From Psilocybe cubensis (lineage: Eukaryota), in the NCBI GenBank assembly GCA_017499595.2, contig CM039005.1, positions 186,001-250,000 of the forward strand: a stretch of 64,000 nucleotides of DNA, in the 5' to 3' direction. The notes beneath the pieces were generated by a model. It was not told where the DNA came from and did no database searches. It saw only the letters and a list, made by a program, of their open reading frames with translations. This document shows positions 51,781 to 64,000 of this stretch, piece by piece. A program made the translations under genes and the position numbers. Numbering within the stretch: position 1 is the first letter of the stretch; each line of letters opens with the position of its first letter.

Positions 51781-54700
51781 TAATGGAAAAGTAGTCTCAG
51801 TACGATAGAAACGAACTAATATATTTAGTAGATACTACCTAATGGAAAAGTAGTCTACGTTAAGAGTAAGTAAGATTGAACAGAACACAAGTGAGTTAGC
51901 TGGCACACACCTCAGTACGATAGAAACGAACTGAGGTGGTGCCATTTCGTTGAAACGAATATAAGTAAAATTGTCTTGAATGTAACAAATAACCGAAGAT
52001 GAATGTAACACAAGTTGTCCATAGCCCAGACCGCCGTCACGAGGACGCGCCAGTCAGTTTGCCAATCCAACACTCCCCCTCAAACTGCGGCGCGTAAACC
52101 CATCGCGTTTGCAAAGTGCTTCGCTTTCGCGCTCGGAAGAGCCTTCGTGAGAGTGTCGGCAGTTTGGTCATCGGTAGGGCAGTAAATCAACTTGATAGAG
52201 CCGGAGTCGATAATGTATCGAATAAAGTGGTAACAAATATCGATGTGCTTTGTGCGTGCGTGATATTGACCTCCGTGAGCGAGAGCGATGGCCGATTGAT
52301 TGTCGCCGTAGAGTGTGGTGGGGTGTACTATCTTGATATCGAGTGCGCTAAAAATATCGTTAACGAGGCTGCGTAACCACATGGCTTCCTTTGAGGCGTG
52401 GGTAGCGGCCACGTATTCGGCCTCGGCTGTCGACAGGGTGACCAACTCCTGCTTTTTCGACGACCACGACACAGCTCCTCCATCCACCACGAACACGTAC
52501 CCCGAAATCGCCCTCCTGTGGTCTTGCGACGCCCCATCTGCGTCCACGAAACCCACCATGTCCCTCTTCTCACCGCCATACGTCAATGCCAAGTCTCGGG
52601 TGCCCTTGAGGTACCGAAAAATCTTCTTCACCGCCTCCCAGTGAACCCACGCCGGGTTGTCAACGAATTGCGCCACGGTATTTGTCGCAAACGTGATGTT
52701 GGGTCGCGTTCCCATTGACGCGTACATGAGCAAGCCCACTGCTTCACGATATGGTACGTTTTTCATCCGTGCAATGTCTGCAAGAGCGGTCGGGCATTGT
52801 GACCTGGCAAGTGGCTGACACGGATCCATAGGGATAGCACTTGGTTTCAGGTCGTCGAAATTGAAGCGCGTCAAGATGGTGTCGATATACGCATCCTGGG
52901 AGATGGAGACGGTTTTATTGGCGGTGTCGCGAGTGATTTTGAAGCCGAGGAGCCATCTGCATTCACCAAGGTCCGTAATCTTGTATTTCTTGTTGATTTC
53001 GACCTTAAACTGCGCAATTAGTGGCGTTGAACTCCCCGTTACCAGGCAATCGTCGACGTGTACCCCCACGATGACAATTTCGCCATCCACCACCTTCACA
53101 AACACACCCGGATCCGCCTCCAACACCCTAAACCCCAACTCCCCCATCGCCTTTTTCAACGCCTCATACCAATTCCTCGCACCCTGCTTCAACCCCTAGA
53201 GTGCCTTGTGAAGGCGATACACGTAGCGACGTGAGTCCGTTGCAAATCCGCGTGGCTGCTCGAGGTAAATGACTTCATCTTTATCCAGGTTCGAGTTCAA
53301 GAACGCGCTATCAAAGTCAATGCTTTCGAGCGGCCATCCATTGCGGTTAGCAAGTGCAATTAGGTATCGGAAGGTGGGCAGGCGTGCGACAGGTGCGAAG
53401 GTTTCCGTGTAGTCCACGCCATGGATCTGAGTGAATCCGCGTGCGACGAGACGAGCCTTGTACTTGTCAATCTCGCCTGCAGCATTCTTCTTGATGCGTA
53501 GGACCCATTTTTTGCCAACGACGTTAGCATTTGGTGGGCGTTCAACCATCTTCCATGTCCCGTTCGCCTCGAGTGATGCAAGCTCGGCTTTGATCGCGGC
53601 CTCCCATTTCGGCCAGTCGGATCTCCTTCTCGCTTCGTCGTATGTCGGGTTCAGCCCCTCAGCTGCATCCATTGCAGTTGCCATCGCAAAATCCATCGCC
53701 TCAACAATGTCCCATGCATCCGCCAACAGCCCTTCATCACCTGCACCCTCAACACTGGCCTCGCCTTCCTCGCCCTTCTCGGAAACCTCTGGGACAACCT
53801 GGAGACCGCGCGGGAACTGGCTTGCTGCAGGTAAGTTGCTAACTTTTGCAACTCCCTGCCGAATGTCTCTGACGTACGCGCTCTCCTTTCGCAGCCGTGT
53901 ACTTCGACGTAGCTCAGGTTCTGCTGTTGTAGGAGTGTTGGTGTCGGGTTTGGGAATGTTTGGGGACACGTAGCGCTTGGAATCATCCTCACGCTCGTCG
54001 TCTGACTCCCCCTCAAGCGGTGCGTGTTCCAGTACTACCTCATCTGGCATAAATCTGACACTTCGCTCAACTATCACAGATCTCTTCTCTGTGTAGTACA
54101 CCCGGTGGCCGTGGCTTTCTTCATCAAACCCGACCCACTTTCCTTGCTTTGCTCGACCGTCCAGCTTCGAAGCGCTAGTATCATGCACCCACACGTCACA
54201 GCCCCATGGTGGAATGTTCGAAATGTCCGGCTTTTCACCCGTCAACACCTCGTATGGTGTTGCTTCCCCAAGCGCCTTTGTTGAGGTGCGGTTCTTCAGA
54301 TAGACCGCATGATGCATTGCCTTACCCCACAAAAACTTTGGTAGGCCACTGTCGTGTCGCATTGCACGCACCTTGTCGAGGAGTGTGCGGTTGAGGCGTT
54401 CCGCAACGCCGTTGTATTCAGGGGTGTCATGTATGGTGAGTCTTCGAGTGGTGCCGGCCGCCTTGAGATGGGCTGAGAATTCATTACTTAGATATTCTCC
54501 CCCTCGGTCACTGTGGAGTTTCTTAATGGGGGCGTCAAACTGGGTCTTCAGCCAGGCTTCAAACTCGCAGTAGTGCTGGAAGACCTCGTCCTTGGTGTGC
54601 ATCAGGTAAATCTTTGTGTACCGAGTGTAGTCGTCTGTGAAGCTGACGAAGTAAGACTTATGGTTGATAGTCTCCACAGGTGCATCACCCCACACATCCG

Positions 54701-57042
54701 AATGGATCTCCTGGCCAAGTTCCGTGGCCTGCTCCTCCACCCGCTCTCTTGCTATTGGCTTACAATGGGCCTTCCCCCACTCGCACGATGGGCAAAACGA
54801 CGGCTTGCTGTCCTCATCAAGCTCGACTCCAGTTACCAGGCCCTTCTCAACAAGCTTCCGCGCTGCATCATGGCTGATGTGCCCCATCCGGCGGTGCAAT
54901 TCATCGATGGTCAACACCTCGACAACCCGCCCAGCATATCCTGCTGCCTCCGGACGTGCCGTGAACACACGGTAAAGTCCATTCTGCACCTCGATCTTCC
55001 CCAGCATCTCACGCGATCTGTTGTAGATCCGACAGAGTGCTCCTGAGAACACAATGGTGCCGCCCGCCTGTGCAATTCGGCTGATGGAGACCAGGGTAAC
55101 CCCCATCTTTGGGGCATAAAGGACATCACGGAGCAACTGCTTTGTTGCAGGCCCATTGCCGTTAGGTATGTCAACATACATATCTCCCTTGCCAGTCGCA
55201 AAGAACTGACGTTTATCGGCAGCTGTGATAGGCTTCGGGTCGGTCTCAACGAAGTTAACGAAGCGATGTCGGTGTCCGGACATGTGGCGCGTAGCACCCG
55301 AGTCGTACAGATCCATGTCGACAAGGGTCTGCTTTTGAGTGAGGGTGGCAGATGTGAATGTGCTGTGGGCTTCATCTGTAGCAGTAAGGGACAGGACTGC
55401 TCGAGAGGTAGGTGCGTAAATTTCCTCCCATTCGTCATCGGAGTCATCATCGGAGTCTGACACAGATTGCAGACCCGGAAATTCCTCATCACTGTCCTCA
55501 TCGCTGGAGTCGCTAACTGACTGGAGGGCTGGCATGCCTTCAGAGTCAGCATCGGAGATGGGATCGTACTCGGAGCAGCTGGAGATGAGCTCAAGGATAT
55601 TGGCGTCGGAAAGGGAGAATTTGGATGCGGAAGAACAGGTGAGTTCCTCCGACAAAACATCAAATTCATCATCTGATGTGGTCATGGCCATCCAACCCTC
55701 CTCGTCCCCATCATCCTTTGCACTAGCCGCTGTCTCCTTCCCCTTCCCCTTGTTGCCTTCGCCTCCACCGCTCTCCTTGCCCTTTCCCTTGGGCTTCGAG
55801 CCACTTGGGCCTTGCCCTGCCCTACCGCCGCCCTCCGCCCAGCACTCGGACTTGAAGTGCCCACGCTTCTTGCAGTTGTGGCACTCAACATTCTTCTTCC
55901 ACCCGCCCTTCCTCCCACGTGAACTTCCCGCATCTCCATGAAAGGCCGAGTTTTCTTCTCGCCTGCTGGTACCCTTCTGGCCCAGCGCACGATGGTCGTA
56001 CTCTTCGGTCACCGTGTGCATCAACTCATCAGCGGATAAAGTCGTGCCAATGACGCTTGACGTAGCGTTTACGGCTGATATGTAGGGGTCGTAGGAAGAT
56101 GGGAGAGATCCCATGATGATTGTGTAAAAGTCGTCATCTGTTGGCGGCTGTCCCATGGCTGCCAAATCTTCGCGCATCAAGCGCAACTTGTTGAAATGTG
56201 CTCGCACATCTCCACGCTCGGGGCAGCGTTCCTGCTGTAGCCGGCGTCGCAAATCCACGGAGACCATCCGTGATTTGTTCTCGAAGTCTCTTGCGAGAGC
56301 ATCCCAAATATTGAAGGCAGATCCCTTGCCTTGAATCTTCATAAAATGTGAGTCCAAAATCGTTGCCGCAATCTGTTGCTTAACAATTGCCTCTCCTTGG
56401 TTCCAGGCCTTCAGCTCCTTTCGCCATTCCGCATCAAGAACTGCCTGCTCGTTAGTGAGCGGCTAATTTGGGACACGAGTGATGGGGTCTGGCGGAGCTA
56501 CTGCGGTGCCGTCGACGTGCTCGAGTTTGCCACGCGCGTCGATGGACCATAAGAAGCGTTGCTTATAGATCACCCAGTTCTTGCCCGCCTCGTCGAGCTT
56601 GGGGATCTTCATGAAGTCATCGCTTAGTTTAGAAATAGAAGACATGGTTGACAGTAATAAGTGGAGAGTTTTGCTGAGGGTAAATAGGTCACTGGTTGGT
56701 TGAGTAGAATGAATGCTGGATTGATTCAGTGTCTCTCGGGGCCCATAACCTAATGGAAAAGTAGTCTCAGTACGATAGAAACGAACTAATATATTTAGTA
56801 GATACTACCTAATGGAAAAGTAGTCTACGTTAAGAGTAAGTAAGATTGAACAGAACACAAGTGAGTTAGCTGGCACACACCTCAGTACGATAGAAACGAA
56901 CTGAGGTGGTGCCATTTTGTCGAAACGAATATAAGTAAAATTGTCTTGAATGTAACAAATAACCGAAGATGAATGTAACACAAGTTGTCCATAGCCCAGA
57001 CCGCCGTCACGAGGACACGCCGGTCAGTTTGCCAATCCAACA
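51781..57042 (-). mobile_element. Full-length Ty1/copia LTR retrotransposon
   Basis: 292-bp LTRs (51781-52072, 56751-57042; 4 mismatches), 5-bp TSD TGCTG, PBS-like GGTTATGGGCCC, PPT TTGAGGGGGAG. Confidence 0.97.
52080..56645 (-). pseudogene. Copia gag-pol (gag, CCHC, protease, integrase, RT, RNase H) with two in-frame TAG stops
   Basis: CHNCKKRGHFKSEC; YDSGATRH; LHRRMGH..CPSC; HSDVWG, SDRGGEY, NGVAER; YKARLVARG, VHVDD; VDAD, RTKHID. Stops at 56463-65 and 53196-98, all in one frame. Confidence 0.95.
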
Positions 57043-57523
57043 TGCTGTCTCTCTAACGCGCGAGTACGCACCATATTGGAAGAAATTGATACGAATAGGG
57101 GGATTCTAGCGAGCATGATTACCGATCGGCCGTTCGGCATGGGTATTGATGGATTCAAATACCGCCATGATGTGCACCACATGAATTTTATTGTCATTAA
57201 ATCTTGAAATTTAATTGCAATTTGATCAATCAAAAAAATTCAGACAAATTACTGTTTTCTTAAGCCAATGCCCCTAGTGTTTAATATTGGCCAGGTGGTG
57301 TAGTGTTAATGTATACACTCTACATTTCCTTTCATTTTTCCCCCAAGTCAACCGGATATGTATCTGCTGGACCCCATGGTCTTGAGTGACAAGGCAGAGT
57401 GTGACTCAAAAAACATGACAGTTAACATGACAATTACATGACAATTAACATAGTACAATATTATGGCAACAACCTAGCTAACATGTTAGCTAGCCACATG
57501 ACAGTTAGGTGCCCATTGTGTGA

Positions 57524-57725
57524 GCGTATGGATTGCCATTTCGACCGCAATAAGTTCAGCCCAGGATGTGATGACTTGACCGGTAGGTCCAATAGGGATG
57601 CCAGCTTTTCCAGGAATCCATGAATATGCCAGAGACTGTTTTAAACAGGAAAGATAGAATCCGATACCCCAGTTGGATGTGTCCGTATATGCCACAACTG
57701 GAAGTAGAGCACTGAACGTGTTCAA
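57524..57725 (-). pseudogene. RNase H fragment resembling DIRS/Ngaro tyrosine-recombinase retroelements
   Basis: AYTDTSNWGIGFY..W..ITSWAELIAVEMAI, ending at the CACTA-like element boundary. Confidence 0.55.
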
Positions 57726-60700
57726 AGAAGGGCTACGCCAGTATTTTTGAAGAAATTATGACACAATTTTCCGTTGAAAATGCAAAGTGTCTGGCTTCAG
57801 ATTTTGGGTCAGTACAAAAATAGGTTTACCTAAAAAAAAAAAAATAATGCGCTTATTTTTTAAATTAATTAAAAATAACTAAATTTTTTTTTTTTAAATC
57901 TAATCTTTGTCTTCGCAAGCATAGACAAGGATCTTCTGCTCCCTTCCTTATTTAGCTTAACTATAGCTATTTTTTTTTATATTCCCTTGCTTTCTTATTT
58001 TTTTTTAAAAAAAAATAACTGCCGCTACGCGATAGCTGTAAAAAATTAAAAAAAAAAAAAAGAACCGCTAGCCGCTACCGAGAAAAAAAAATTACAGAAA
58101 ACAAAAAAAGAGGAAAATAGCACTGATGGCACTGAGTCAGCATTGACAGCCGAATGGGTAACGTCATGACCGCTATGAACAGTCACTAACCGTCTCTGAC
58201 TTTGATGCTAACTGTAACTTTTATGACCGTCATCCATGGGCTGACCGCCCACCAACTGTCCACTCAAACCAACTCTGCTTTTCCTCTGTTTAGCATTACA
58301 TGCTTCTTCATATGCTGTCTGAATTGAATCCAGGCATCTAGACTTGCAGGGAAAAATATTTGGCGCGTTGGGGCCCTGAACTCTAGAGGGGAGAGGAGAA
58401 CGCCGGAAAACTTGAGGGCAAAGGTAAAGTGACTGTCACGCGTATCATGGATCTTGCCCCTGCTGGATCCGAGTCCCCAGTCAAGTTGATGATTCTAATT
58501 CTGCTCCTGCAATATACCTACCCATTGACGGTGGTTAAATATCCAACGCGGATAAGATTTTCGCAAGATTTTCGACAGGGATCATTATGCAGGTGGCGGT
58601 TTGACTTGACAATTTACAACCTTGGACTGTGATATCGCGCTGACTGACTTCCCTGAAATACAGGCCGAATTGGACTTTCTGTAGTTGTTTTGGCAAATGT
58701 CGATTGATCTTTTGCTCTGTACTTTCACTTTTGCTTTCTCTTTGTTTCCCACAGAGAAAGAGAAAGAGACACATGTATGTGCCACAATATCCATACCGAT
58801 AGTGCAACCACCGCTGCTCCTACCCTACAGTTGTTAGCGAAGCAGTTACGGTCAGATATGGCGTGCTGGCTGTCCTCAGGGCACCCTTCGAGCCATTTTG
58901 GTTCGACATCTCTATCACCATCATTTATGCTATCCATCCATGGTGTTTGGCTGTGCATTTGGCGTTAGTGGTGGCAGGCCCCCAGATTTCTGCATTTTTG
59001 TTCTTTTTTTGCCTGTTTGTGCTTTGGGCCTGGGTGATCTCGCCGAGTGAGCGATATCCTACGCCACATGAGCGCGATCACCAGCCGAGCTGAGGGATTG
59101 CACACGCACGCGCGTCTGGCTGGATGTCCGTGTCCGTGTCCAGAATATTCAAGTTTCGAAACACGCCTATGCGTCTTTTGGATAACCTAAGCATTAGTTT
59201 TATTTTTCCTTTTTGACGGGATGACATCGCTCGCGACAGACGCTATTGAGCCGCTGGGGGTATGTTACGCAGAGGGAGTCTAGCTCGCCATGCTCGATCA
59301 CACCGGACCCGAAGACGAAGATGAATTTACATGCCACGAACTCAGAGAGTTGAGGGGAGCACTACAGTTAAACACTGAAATGCTTGCGAAATCTGGACTT
59401 GGCGGCGTCATCTGTGTCTCGTCCGAATGGTACGAAATAGAGATTATGTGATCCTCCGTTTGGGCCTCCGTGTTCCAGGAGGAGGGATTTTTCATAAGAG
59501 ACGCTCTCATCACCCGCAACGCCGTCATGCCTTCTTTTGGCGGATGTGCATTCAGTGGCTTCTTGCGCTATAGACACGAATATACGTTGCTTAGAAATAC
59601 ATTTAAACCCAATTATACTTGTAAGAGGGGAAAGTCGGCTCGCATGGCTGTGTCTAAAATCAATCCGAAAGGCTTGTCTAGAATTCCAAAATAATCCCTT
59701 CTACCTCTCAAATATGGGGGGTCAATTTATCCACAACTTGGTGTATCCCGATCCTCCACGATGTGTTGTTTGTGTAGTCAGATTGTGCTGCCTAGTCTAA
59801 TAAAAGTACGATCTATATTAATTTTGGCGATCAACGTGTTTGCAACAAGGCTACAAAACCACAGTATCGTGATTTGAGGTGTTGTACACTTAATCTATGC
59901 AATAAATGAAGGAATCAATCACACGAAAGCACATCAGACGATTGTATGGGCCAAAGTGTACAAAAAAAACCATTGACGACCCGAATTAACTACGTGGGTT
60001 GGATCGAGACGTAACTGGATAAGAATACGTCGGCTTCCGGTCGGGGAAATATGGTTTTGTCAATCAGTTTAAGTTTATGAACCCGTCGTACCACATTGGG
60101 GAGGACTAGTAGATGTGTGGCTGCCGCAAGGAGGCCCTAATTCTCCTTTTGTATCGCATGTTTCCCCTTCAGCACTCGATTGTGTGTCCACAAGATTTGT
60201 TGATATACTGCTGATCCTGTTTAATTAACGGTCCTCTCACAGCGTGGTACAGCCGTTTCGATCGTGCTACGCAACATTCCGCATAATCAGACAACTGGTA
60301 AGCTCTATGATCGTTTCGGGAATATACACATCCTTCCAGGGTAAAATCCCAACTGGCTACTCAAACACAGCAATCGAATTGACTTGTTATGCGTTTACAC
60401 GCCCTTTGCTGGCCTTCTACATGCACAGATATTTGGCTCCGTATATTAACAAGGGGCCGTCATATCCGAAACATAGCAGCGCCGTTTCAAGATATCCTAT
60501 CTTACTAATATTGGGAGTAATGTTTTTATATGCTCAACAATAACTTTACGAGCCATCTGGAGTTTTCAAGGTTGTGTACAAGAAAATAAGTAGGAGTGGA
60601 GGTTGAATGATCGTGGCTGCAGTCAAATTATTAAAAGAGAATTACGATTCGTAGATGATGACTTGTGTTAAAATAGGTGCCGCATGTAGAGTAAATCACC

Positions 60701-61125
60701 AGTTTCAACAAAGTGTCGATTATCATCACTGCCTTGACAAAATGGCGTACATGAAGCGAATCTCGAGGACGTTTTCAAGTTGCCAACGTACACATGTGTT
60801 GAAGTTTCTAATGTTTATCAAAAGCGAGCGCTTAACTATATATCAGCTATGTAGTCGTATCAAAAACATATATCTAAGGTATTTTGGCCAGATAAATTCG
60901 AGGCCCATTGTCACACTTGATATGGTGGGAAACCTCCGGCAACTGCCGCAGATCTATAGCATCCGGACGACTCTAATTTTAGCGCAGGTTCCCGATCGTT
61001 GTGCCTCGTTGCGCAAAGTTCAACACGCGTTATCTAGCAGCAGTGAAAACCTCACACTGCAACAACGTGCAGCGTCAACGTTCAACCCTTAGTTCAAGTC
61101 CCTTTTATCCATCACTTTTCTCGCG

Positions 61126-62801
61126 ATGAAATTCCCCCTCAAAAGCTACTGGTCCTCCTTTGTTAACCATCTCCACCGTTTTTTCAAAATGTCGTCAGAA
61201 GCCGAGTCACAGAAATACCCAGAGCTCGTCCGCGGCACGCAGAGTCTGCAGGAATACCTGGAGAAACTCGTCGATGCCTATGGTTGGCGTCCCAGTGAAT
61301 ACATGACGGAGCTATGTGTGGTGAAGGTATCGCTGATGAAGAATGTCAAGACCAAATCAAGGCACGAATCCCTCCTGGTCGAACTTAGGGACCCCAACGG
61401 AGGCGCTCACTACCTGTACTTTGAACGAGCACGGGACGTTAATGATGGCAAGCGCAGGTCGTCGGGTCCGGTGCAACCACCGTCTGACACTGAGCAATTG
61501 TCTGCAGGCCCAACACCGCACTCAGGCTACTCTCCGAGTGTGAGTTCCAGGAAGAAAAACCGAAGACAGAAAAGCCTACTTCGCAGACAGTCGGAATTAT
61601 TATTGAACCAAACGATATCTTCGCTGAGCACCGCATCTTCTAGTGCTTCTCAATCTGTCAGTGATTCTTCGATGGGCACAGCGTGCGATACCGTGACATG
61701 TGTTCCCGACGGCCGGCGCTCGGGCGAGAAGTGCATGTGCCGGCTAGAATTCGAGAGAGAAGGAACTGGCAACGTCCCGGGCGTCCCACACGCACGACCG
61801 TCTGTGTACGATATTGCATTGATTGCAGACATCTTGAACAAGGAGGTGCCGCGTTACCACCTCTTCAAAAGCAATTGTTACCATTTCGCCGGTCTCCTTT
61901 ACGACACTCTTAATAAACTGTACAATCCGAGCGAAACCATCTTGGAGAAACTGAATGGAAAATGGAAGAGATTTTCTCTGTATGCTAAAGATCCGGAGCA
62001 GACAATTGCCTCCATCATTGATCATTATCGCGACGCTCGCGAACAATTTCACACTAAGGTACGTGTCACAATTTTCAATAATTTATTGGTTGTTTGGACC
62101 TCCATGCTGACTGTTGCTCAAGATTGAGAATCTCCACGTCGCGAGGGATAAGGCCAAGAGGGAGGCCGAAGAAAGGGCCCAAGAGGCCGACGAGCGCGCC
62201 AGAAGTGAGGCGCACCGCGCTGATACTGAGGCGCAGCAGAAGAAAGAGGCCGACGAGCGCGCCAGAAGTGAGGCGCACCGCGCTGATACTGAGGCGCAGC
62301 AGAAGAAAGAGGCTGAAGAGCGCGCTCGAAGAGAGGCCCAGCGTGCTGATACTGAGGCGCAGCAGAAGAAAGAGTTGGAGAAACGGTTGCAGATGGAGGG
62401 GAACCAGAAGAAAGAGGCGACCTACCGCGCTCTAAACGAAACGCGCTTGAAGCAAGAGGAGAGGGGGCGGAGGGAAGAGGCGGAAAGGCGCGCTGAAAAT
62501 GAAGCGCGCTTGAGGGAAGAGGAGGCGCGGCGGAGGGAAGAGGCGGAAAGGCGCGCTCAAAATGAAGCGCGCTTGAGGGAAGAGGCGGACAGGCGCGCTC
62601 AAAATGAAGCGCGCTTGAGGGAAGAGGAGGCGCAGAGGAGGCAAGAGGCGGAGGCGAGGTCCAGGGAATTTGAAGAGGAGTTGAAGAGATACAAGAACAT
62701 GCTCAAGGAGAGTCCGTAAGTCATTGCATGTCCTGTTATCCACCTTTCCTCGTTCGCCAGTCTAAATTCTCCTCGCTCAACATCCCAGGTGTCCCACTTG
62801 A
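61126..62801 (+). CDS. Protein with a permuted papain-like (PPPDE-like His...NC) N-terminal domain and a repetitive E/R/A coiled-coil tail
   Basis: RHESLLVEL..YLYFER..YHLFKSNCYHFA; intron ~62059-62122 joins ORF 62114-62719; probable last intron ~62717-62788 gives ..SPCPT*. The start may be 61189. Confidence 0.75.
62183..62660 (+). repeat. Coding tandem repeats (63-bp x3, then ENEARLREE-type units)
   Basis: EADERARSEAHRADTEAQQKK repeated; AATGAAGCGCGCTTGAGGGAAGAGG recurs three times. Confidence 0.88.
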
Positions 62802-64000
62802 ACTGAAGAGGCGACCTTAGTCGCTAGCTCCGAGTCCACTTCGATATCCTCTAGTTGTCGAATCTATGTGCATCGCGAGCACCATGGTCAACTCCAAGTG
62901 TTCGCCGGCCGACACTCGTTTCACGCCCTCAGCATGCGGGTCCTTCAACATCCGATCAATTGCGTTCGAGAAAAGATGGACATGGATTTTTTTTTATCAT
63001 TTATGGCTCACTCGTCTGATTCACGACGGCACATTGACCTTGTATTTACCACACCTGCTCGTCTTCCTGTGCGGATGTTACACACGTCCTCTGCCTCTAT
63101 CCTTTCCTCATTATATACACATCCATTACATATCACACTGATTCATCATCTATCCAACTTTTATGTACTCTACATACACACATATATCTGAAATTGTGGA
63201 TTCACAGATCTGCTGTGAAAGATTCGGGCTATACATCTATTGTTCTTCCTAGACCGCTCTCAGGAGAACTGGAACACAACCAAACAACGAGACTCAATTT
63301 ACTTATTGTGCAACTCAACTTCCTCGCAAGTACGCAAGTCTCTCAGTCTCGGGCTCCACCCACTCATAAACCGCGCGCTTTCCTCTTCTTGAGTCAGTAT
63401 CTTTTCACGTTCACGGCACGAAAGTACAAGTCCGGATCCTCGTCGCGCCGGCAATCTACGTTCATCATGATACGCTCTTGCGCTCCTACTTATGAGCACT
63501 TGTAAAATTAAATTGACTTTGTACCCGCAACGCCTGGGTACACCCGTCATCCACATAACATGTGCATACTAACCCTACGTCCAGGAGCTTCAGTGACTTC
63601 CACACAATCTGATTCTAAATTAACAACTTTACAGGCCGCAGATAACACGCACCTGTATATCCCCACGACGCATTGGCGAAACACATAACGCGCAAAATAC
63701 AACGCGTAACACGCAACACGCACACATTCCCACAAATCACACCCATCATCTCCTAGTGTAATGCGATGACGCGGTGCGGCGAGAGATGGGTAAACTGAAG
63801 GTGGAGGTGGAAGTAGTAGAGCACTTGTCATTTGTACCATACAAGAAAAGCATACATTACCTGGCATGCCACCCCTCCGTTCCCTGAATTTGGTCCGATG
63901 AGTGTCGTGCGCTGGACCCAGATTCCAGATTCCACAGGGTGAACAAGAAAAGCTGTATTCAGATCCAGGCCGCGGAGCGCGGGGAGCTAGAGGCATCGAA

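Larger units (their letters stand above)
51088..57520. mobile_element. Non-autonomous CMC/CACTA-like TIR element (native ~1.17 kb) containing the copia insertion
   Basis: ~143-bp imperfect TIRs starting CACGATGGGCACC / ending GGTGCCCATTGTG, repeated TGTCATG motifs, 3-bp TSD TGA (51085-87 / 57521-23). Confidence 0.85.

Noticed and set aside
57780-58130. Poly(A)/poly(T)-rich block
   Set aside because: Low complexity, with no definable unit, ends or ORF.
58400-61100. Numerous short ORFs
   Set aside because: No motifs, consistent exon chain or repeat structure that I can support; treated as intergenic.

Overview
Intron-rich fungal DNA, almost certainly an agaricomycete/basidiomycete, judged from 50-60 nt GT-AG introns and the transposon families present. 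The host genes are five paralogous multi-exon 7TM-like membrane genes, an auxin-efflux-carrier/PILS-like transporter and a permuted-papain-like coiled-coil gene. The main structure is a nest of transposons whose junctions can be read to the base. A Helitron-like element (15355-40319; TT...CAAG ends in an A|T site) carries an F-box/nucleotidyltransferase-like gene and an OB-fold-like gene. It was invaded by a related inverted Helitron (16339-17902) and by a PIF/Harbinger element (18007-37964; 52-bp TIRs, TAA TSD). The Harbinger Myb gene was in turn split by a 17.2-kb KDZ (Kyakuja-Dileera-Zisupton)-type element (19177-36407; 8-bp TSD CCGTAAAG). That element lacks clear TIRs and carries a transposase, about five cargo genes (including a MADS-like gene and a tandem RNase H1-N-domain gene) and four tandem-repeat arrays. 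Also present are an L1-like LINE with poly(A) tail, a pogo-like MITE with a nested CAC-ended element, and a Ty1/copia element inside a CACTA-like element beside a DIRS/Ngaro-like RNase H fragment. All family calls come from manual motif recognition; no database search was run.
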